DNA from: an uncultured Spirochaetota bacterium
GTDB taxonomy: Bacteria > Spirochaetota > UBA4802 > UBA5550
Assembly: GCA_963727175.1 (NCBI GenBank)
Contig: CAVSFD010000002.1
Span: 856,782-920,781 of the forward strand
Reading direction: 5' to 3'
Length of the DNA: 64,000 nucleotides
Part shown: positions 58,984 through 64,000 of the stretch, piece after piece
Layout: every line of letters starts with the position of its first letter
Numbering within the stretch: position 1 is the stretch's first letter
The notes under the pieces: generated by a model
What the model saw: the letters and a program-made list of their open reading frames with translations, nothing else
What the model was told of the DNA's origin: nothing
Databases searched by the model: none
Translations under genes and position numbers: made by a program

Positions 58984-60500
58984 TTAAGCGATAAAAAGGC
59001 TCTTTGTCGAAAAAAACGGCTCCGTGGTGAGGTTAATGCCCAGCTTCCGGAGTCCCGCCTCGTCCCCCGGCGTCGGGATGTGGGTCATGTGCATCTCGCA
59101 CGAGGCCAGGTCCTTCAGCTTTTCCATGGCCGCGTAGGCCGTGGGGTTCGTCGCCGCGCTTATCGAAAGGGCGATGAGGGTCTCCTCCAGGTCCAGGCTG
59201 AGCGACCTGGCTCCCAGGACGTCGCCTTTCAGGCTCCTGATCGATTCGATGATCTGGGGCGACAGGAGATGGATGCGGTCCGGGATTTCCGCGAGCTTTT
59301 TAATGGCATTGAGGATAACGCTCGTGGCTGCGTGGAACAGCGGCGAATTCTTCCCTGTCACGATCGTCCCGTCCCTGAGCTCAATGGCGGCGCCGCAGTA
59401 TATGCCCTCGTTCCCCTTTCCCTTCTCTTTGGCTTCGACGGCGGCCTTCCGCGCCGGATCGACCACGATCCGGTCTTCCTGCTTCACCGCCAGCTCGTCC
59501 ATGAGCAGTTCCACCCTCTGCACGGTTTCCCTGCTCGCAAAGCCCACGGCGTATTCGCATGAATAGCGGAAAAACCGCCGTATCGCCTCCTGCCGGGACG
59601 CCTCGCGCACCGCTTCGTCATCCACGATGCCGAAGCCGGCGCAGTTGACGCCCATGTCCGTGGGGGACTTGTACATTGATCTTGCCGCCCATGATTTTTT
59701 CCAGGATCCTTCTCAAAACGGGGAAGGTGTCCACGTCACGGTTATAGTTGACCGACGATCTTCCCGTAGGCCTCCTGGTGGAAGGGATCGATGAGGTTGA
59801 AGTCACCGATGTCAGCGGTGGCAGCCTCGTAGGCGATGTTGACCGGGTGCTTCAGCGGGATGTTCCAGATAGGGAAGGTCTCGAATTTGGCGTAACCGCT
59901 GTTTATATTCCGCTTGTGGTCATGGTACACCTGGGAGAGGCAGGTGGCCATCTTCCCGCTTCCGGGACCGGGACCGGTCACGACCACCAGGGGGTTCTTT
60001 GTCTCTATGTACTCGTTGGCGCCGTATCCCTCGTCGCTCACCACCAGGTCAACATCGGTGGGATATCCCTTGGTGTACCGGTGCGTGTAGACCTTGATGT
60101 TCTGGCGCTCCAGCTTGTTCTTGAATATGCTCGCCGCGGGCTGGTTCTCGTAACGCGTGATCACCACCGCCAGGATGCTGATGCCCCAGTCCTTGAGGTC
60201 GTCGATAAGCTTGAGGGCATCGGCGTCGTAGGTGATGCCGAAATCGGCCCGCACTTTCTTCCGTTCGATGTCGCCGGCGTAGATGCAGAGGATGATATCG
60301 GCCCTGTCGGAAAGCTGCTGGAGAAGCCGCATCTTCACGTTCGGATCATATCCGGGAAGTACCCGCGCGGCGTGATAATCGAACATGAGCTTGCCGCCGA
60401 ATTCAAGATACAGCTTGTTGTTGAAGTGCTTTACCCTTTCCAGGATCGAGCTTTTCTGCTCGTTGAGATACTTTTCATTGTCAAAACCGATTTTCTTCAT
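58984..60500 (-). pseudogene. UPF0371/DUF1846-family protein split by two apparent homopolymer indels (~59770 and ~59690)
   Basis: The N-terminal 252 aa ([25 protein letters not shown]...[13 protein letters not shown]) and the C-terminal 230 aa (SPTDMGVN...LRKLGINLT) match the family collinearly. The linking segment [24 protein letters not shown] is in a third frame. The junctions are GG and CCCCC runs. Confidence 0.7.
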
Positions 60501-60663
60501 CTATAAATCCTCTCTGGAATCTTTGCATGTTAACTGCAACAGGAACACAATACAATGTTTTCTTATCGAAAAAAATCAAGAAGAATTATTTAAGTTACAC
60601 TAATAAACAATTAAGGTCCTTTTTACTTTTATCCATATGATTTCAACCAAGTCAGACCTCTTC

Positions 60664-60746
60664 TCCTCTGCGCTCTCTGCGACCTCTGTGATCTCTGCGT
60701 TCAATTATTTTTTATATTTAACGCAGAGATCGCAGAGTACACGGAG
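60664..60746. repeat. CTCTGCGTT-family repeat element forming a long hairpin (12-bp perfect stem GATCTCTGCGTT / AACGCAGAGATC with AT loop)
   Basis: CTCTGCGCTCTCTGCGACCTCTGTGATCTCTGCGTTcaattattttttatatttAACGCAGAGATCGCAGAGTACAC. Related copies at 61959, 62113 and 62641. Confidence 0.75.
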
Positions 60747-60859
60747 GATTGTTTGTTTAATTACGAATATCAGTTTTTAAAATCAGTATTAGCAACATAT
60801 TTCATATTCACTTCAAAGCTGTAATTAATTCATATTTAATATTAAAACGCTGAATTTAT

Positions 60860-60900
60860 TAGATTTTTATTCATATTTTGAAATATTTGCCGATAATCAA
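60860..60900 (+). promoter_or_regulatory. putative sigma-28 (FliA) promoter, -10 box GCCGATAA, upstream of the flagellin gene
   Basis: A perfect GCCGATAA at 60889-60896 lies ~115 bp upstream of the flagellin ATG. The -35 is degenerate. Confidence 0.4.
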
Positions 60901-61010
60901 CTCATATTCAATTTAGCATAGTTATAACATCTGACGAATAACAGAATATACATATAGAAATGTACTACTGCTATCAAGGATGATGGCAGGGAATTTCAAG
61001 GAGGAAACAT

Positions 61011-61859
61011 ATGATTATAAACCACAACATTGCGGCCATTTTTTCCCACCGCACCCTCAAGTTTCACGACTGGAACATCACCAAGGACATCGAAAAGCTT
61101 TCTTCCGGCATGAGGATCAACAAGGCCGGCGATGACGCTTCCGGTCTGGCGGTATCGGAGAAAATGCGCTCCCAGATCCAGGGCCTCCGGCAGGCGGAAC
61201 GGAACACCGAGGACGGCATGTCGATGATCCAGACCGCGGAAGGATACCTGGAGGAGGTCCACGCGATACTCCAGCGGATCAGGGTCCTGGCGGTGCAGTC
61301 GGCCAACGGCATCTACACCCACGAGGACCGGCAGCTGATACAGGTCGAGGTTTCCGAGCTGGTGGACGAGGTTGACCGGATATCGTCCCAGGCGGAGTTC
61401 AACAAGATGAAGCTTCTGACCGGCTCTTTCGCGCGGCTCCATCCGACGGCTTCCATGTGGTTCCACATGGGCCCGAACATGCACCAGCGCGAGCGGGTGT
61501 TCATCGAGACCATGACCACGGCGGCCCTGGGACTCAGGAACCCGACGGTTCTCACCTTCATTTCCATCTCGACGCCGGGCAAGGCCAACTCGGTCATCGG
61601 CCTGTGCGACGAGGCTCTGCGGATCATTTCCAAGCAGCGGGCCGACCTCGGCGCCTATTACAACCGTCTCGAGCACGCGGCCAAGGGCCTGATGAACGCC
61701 TACGAGAACGTGCAGGCATCGGAATCCCGCATCCGCGACACGGACATGGCGGAGCAGATGTCGTCCTACGTGCGCTACCAGATCCTGACGCAGGCGGCCA
61801 CGTCGATGCTCGCCCAGGCCAACGCCAAGTCGCAGACCGTTCTCGAATTATTACGGTAA
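61011..61859 (+). CDS. flaB: flagellin, spirochaete FlaB-like core filament protein
   Basis: N-terminus [47 protein letters not shown]. The central [12 protein letters not shown] and the C-terminus [17 protein letters not shown]...[13 protein letters not shown]...[25 protein letters not shown] closely follow FlaB-type flagellins (~280 aa). Confidence 0.85.
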   Translation: MIINHNIAAIFSHRTLKFHDWNITKDIEKLSSGMRINKAGDDASGLAVSEKMRSQIQGLRQAERNTEDGMSMIQTAEGYLEEVHAILQRIRVLAVQSANGIYTHEDRQLIQVEVSELVDEVDRISSQAEFNKMKLLTGSFARLHPTASMWFHMGPNMHQRERVFIETMTTAALGLRNPTVLTFISISTPGKANSVIGLCDEALRIISKQRADLGAYYNRLEHAAKGLMNAYENVQASESRIRDTDMAEQMSSYVRYQILTQAATSMLAQANAKSQTVLELLR

Positions 61860-61887
61860 CAACCTGAGCCAGCATTGCAGACCCATT

Positions 61888-61920
61888 CAAAAGCCGTCCC
61901 CAACAGGGCGGCTTTTTTAT
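61888..61920 (+). terminator. rho-independent terminator of the flagellin gene
   Basis: AAGCCGTCCccaacaGGGCGGCTTTTTTATT. Confidence 0.6.
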
Positions 61921-61958
61921 TGTCTTCAATCTTTCTCCAGGAAATAACACAAAGTATT

Positions 61959-61996
61959 CAACGCAGAGGCGCGGAGCACGGGGAGCTCGCAGAGGG
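61959..61996. repeat. CTCTGCGTTG-family repeat, reverse orientation
   Basis: AACGCAGAGGCGCGGAGCACGGGGAGCTCGCAGAGGG is the reverse complement of CCCTCTGCGAGCTCCCCGTGCTCCGCGCCTCTGCGTT. Confidence 0.7.
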
Positions 61997-62112
61997 ATGG
62001 TTGTTCAATAATGGTTATATGCAAATTAAGTATGTTAATTAGAGAAATCATCAAACGGTGAAAGTTTATTTTTCACTGTTATAATAATTCTTTTATTAAG
62101 AAAACCCTAATA

Positions 62113-62140
62113 ACTCTGCGTCCTCAGCGTCTCTGCGTTG
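62113..62140. repeat. CTCTGCGTTG-family repeat, forward (left flank of the GxxExxY gene)
   Basis: AACTCTGCGTCCTCAGCGTCTCTGCGTTG. Confidence 0.7.
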
Positions 62141-62205
62141 AAAAAAATGATTATTTATTAGAATTCTTTTTATGAATTACTGTATTATTCGTTAATATAT
62201 GTTAA

Positions 62206-62595
62206 ATGGAATTAAATAACATTTCAGAAATAATCATTGGTAAAGCAATTGAAGTTCATAAAGTCTTAGGTCCAGGACTCTTGGAATCAACTTATGAAGC
62301 TTGTCTCAAATATGAATTAACACAAACAGGATTCAAGGTAGAAAATCAGAAATCAGTGCCTATCATTTATAAAGGTATAGCTATAGGTAATGGATACCGT
62401 TTAGATATGATTATTGAAGATTCAGTAATAATAGAATTGAAATCTATAGAACTAGTATTACCAATTCACAAAGCCCAACTTCTTTCTTATCTCAGATTGA
62501 CTGGACTAAGCTTAGGGTTACTAATCAACTTTAATGTTGATGTTTTAAAGAAAGGTATTTTCAGAGTGGTAAATAATTATAAAACGCATATATGA
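62206..62595 (+). CDS. GxxExxY-family protein
   Basis: GKAIEVHKVLGPGLLESTYEACLKYEL...YRLDMIIEDSVIIELKS is the GxxExxY signature. ~33% GC, far below its surroundings. Confidence 0.75.
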   Translation: MELNNISEIIIGKAIEVHKVLGPGLLESTYEACLKYELTQTGFKVENQKSVPIIYKGIAIGNGYRLDMIIEDSVIIELKSIELVLPIHKAQLLSYLRLTGLSLGLLINFNVDVLKKGIFRVVNNYKTHI

Positions 62596-62640
62596 AAAAT
62601 TAATCACTGAGTCTATGATTTCCATTGAGATAACCCCATA

Positions 62641-62670
62641 AACTCTGCGTTCTCCGCGCCCTCTGCGTTG
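62641..62670. repeat. CTCTGCGTTG-family repeat, forward (right flank of the GxxExxY gene)
   Basis: AACTCTGCGTTCTCCGCGCCCTCTGCGTTG, a direct repeat (~26/30 identical) of the copy at 62113. Confidence 0.7.
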
Positions 62671-62709
62671 GAAGCTTTCTGCAATTAAACTAACAACAAG
62701 ATTGTGCTA

Positions 62710-63711
62710 TCACCTTTTATACTTCTCATACAGCTTCTGATGCCACCGCCACGCTGTTTCAATAATTTCCCCGATATCCGCGTGAGCCGGCTTCCATTTA
62801 AGAACCGAAACCGCCCTGGACGAGTCCGCTATGAGCACGGCCGGATCCCCGGCCCTGCGCCCCTTCTCCACGGTGGGGATCTCTTTGCCGGTAACCTTTC
62901 GTGCGGCGTCAATGATTTCCCTGACGGAGAAGCCCGTGCCGTTGCCCAGGTTGAAGACGTCCGATTCCCCGCCCCGGGCGAGATGTTCCAGGGCGCCGAT
63001 ATGGGCGCCGGCAAGGTCGGCAACGTGGATATAGTCCCTGACGCAGGTGCCGTCAGGTGTGTCGTAGTCAGTCCCGAAAATGGCGATATTTTCGCGTACC
63101 CCCAGGGCCGCGTCAAGCACCAGCGGTATCAGGTGGGTTTCCGGTTCATGCCACTCCCCCACGTCGCAGTCCGGATCGGCGCCGGCTGCATTGAAATACC
63201 GGAGCGCAACGTAACGTAGATCATAGGCCCTTGCATAATCCGCCAGGATCTGCTCGATCATGAACTTGCTCCTGCCGTAGGGATTGATGGGCTCTTTCCG
63301 GTGATCTTCCGGTATGGGGATCGTGACAGGATCGCCGAAGATAGCTGCAGTCGAAGAGAAAATAAACTGATTAACGCCGAACTCCCGCATCACCTGGAGG
63401 AGATTTATGGTGTTTTTCACGTTGTTGATGTAGTATTTCTCCGGATCCTCGACTGATTCCCCCACATAGGTAAAGGCGCAGAAATGCATCACCGCCGATA
63501 TAGTGCGCCCAGCGAATACCGACCGGAGGCCCTCCAGGTCGCCGAGGTCGCACCGGTGGAACTCGCCCCACTGCGCGAATTCCCGGTGACCGGCGCTCAG
63601 GTTGTCCACGACGACGGTCCGGTAGCCTTTCCTGTTGAGCTCCTTGTTCATCTGGGAGCCGATGTAGCCGGCCCCGCCGGCGATGAGGATACCAGCCTCA
63701 CTGTTCGACAT
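62710..63711 (-). CDS. galE: UDP-glucose 4-epimerase
   Basis: GGAGYIGS Rossmann motif, SSTAAIFG, YGRSK catalytic YxxxK, and GalE-length collinearity (333 aa). Confidence 0.85.
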   Translation of the reverse strand: MSNSEAGILIAGGAGYIGSQMNKELNRKGYRTVVVDNLSAGHREFAQWGEFHRCDLGDLEGLRSVFAGRTISAVMHFCAFTYVGESVEDPEKYYINNVKNTINLLQVMREFGVNQFIFSSTAAIFGDPVTIPIPEDHRKEPINPYGRSKFMIEQILADYARAYDLRYVALRYFNAAGADPDCDVGEWHEPETHLIPLVLDAALGVRENIAIFGTDYDTPDGTCVRDYIHVADLAGAHIGALEHLARGGESDVFNLGNGTGFSVREIIDAARKVTGKEIPTVEKGRRAGDPAVLIADSSRAVSVLKWKPAHADIGEIIETAWRWHQKLYEKYKR

Positions 63712-64000
63712 TTATCCCCTCCATTTAAACATGCAAAATCAACACTTCTACTTTCGAATTTCAGGTGCACGATGCGCCGACAAGGTGAATAGTAAACAAA
63801 ACACAGGTTGTTTTTTTACAGGCACTGTCGAGAAAATATCAACAAGAACAATCTGAGCCATTAATAATGTCCCAACTTTCAAGACATGAGGGAGAAATGA
63901 TTTCGTTTGTTAATATTATTTGTAATAATAGCAATCATGGCATAGCCGCATTTTGTTAACAAATAATTCATTTGAACTTTTTTACACTTCCGACATTCAA

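Noticed and set aside
1-64000. Mobile elements, integrases, transposases, phage genes, tRNA/rRNA genes
   Set aside because: No ORF resembles a transposase, integrase or phage protein. No sequence resembles rRNA, and no tRNA-like cloverleaf was recognised by eye in intergenic regions. Computational screening (tRNAscan-SE, ISfinder BLAST) would be needed to exclude small elements.

Overview
This 64 kb window is a high-GC (~57%) bacterial chromosomal segment with about 65 protein-coding genes. No rRNA, tRNA, CRISPR array, transposase or integrase was found. A spirochaete-type FlaB flagellin and a GxxExxY-family gene suggest a spirochaete-like host, but this is not proven.

Recognisable content, in order:
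- the 3' end of psd, a cytidylate-kinase-like trio, a 1093-aa TPR protein, and a secreted protein with two CBM48 domains;
- a STAS anti-sigma antagonist preceded by 98-bp tandem repeats, then thioredoxin;
- two ECF sigma factor modules, and two phenylacetate-CoA ligase (PaaK) paralogs, one beside an ACT-domain protein and one heading a full Liv-type ABC uptake operon with tandemly duplicated binding proteins;
- an ArsR-family regulator with palindromic operators upstream of a tiny Met/Cys-rich peptide;
- an eight-gene translationally coupled MoxR AAA+ operon (SpoIIM-like, membrane protein, DUF4129, DUF4350, MoxR, DUF58, RDD, small ORF);
- a PadR-MFS pair divergent from a novel Trp/Tyr/His-repeat secreted protein;
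- a two-component histidine kinase and a 7TMR-DISM chemoreceptor;
- an amt-glnK nitrogen module next to a GAF/sigma-54 (NifA-like) activator, a GAF/HD-GYP phosphodiesterase and sugar-nucleotide enzymes;
- an AT-rich islet holding the FlaB-like flagellin, a GxxExxY gene and a dispersed ~30-bp CTCTGCGTTG repeat family.

A recurring caveat affects several calls. At least nine apparent 1-bp frameshifts split otherwise conserved genes: a YgcG-like TPM protein, livM, glnK (P-II), amt (four times) and a UPF0371 protein (twice). Where the exact event can be reconstructed (TPM, glnK, two in amt, both in UPF0371) it is a +/-1 length change in a short G or C run; one further amt event looks like a T-run change and two were not resolved. 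Homopolymer sequencing error is therefore at least as likely as real pseudogenisation.

The best candidates for uncharacterised biology are the MoxR/DUF operon, the ArsR-peptide module, the W/Y/H-repeat protein, the KE-rich secreted spacer protein, the 98-bp tandem repeats, and the repeat-flanked flagellin/GxxExxY islet.
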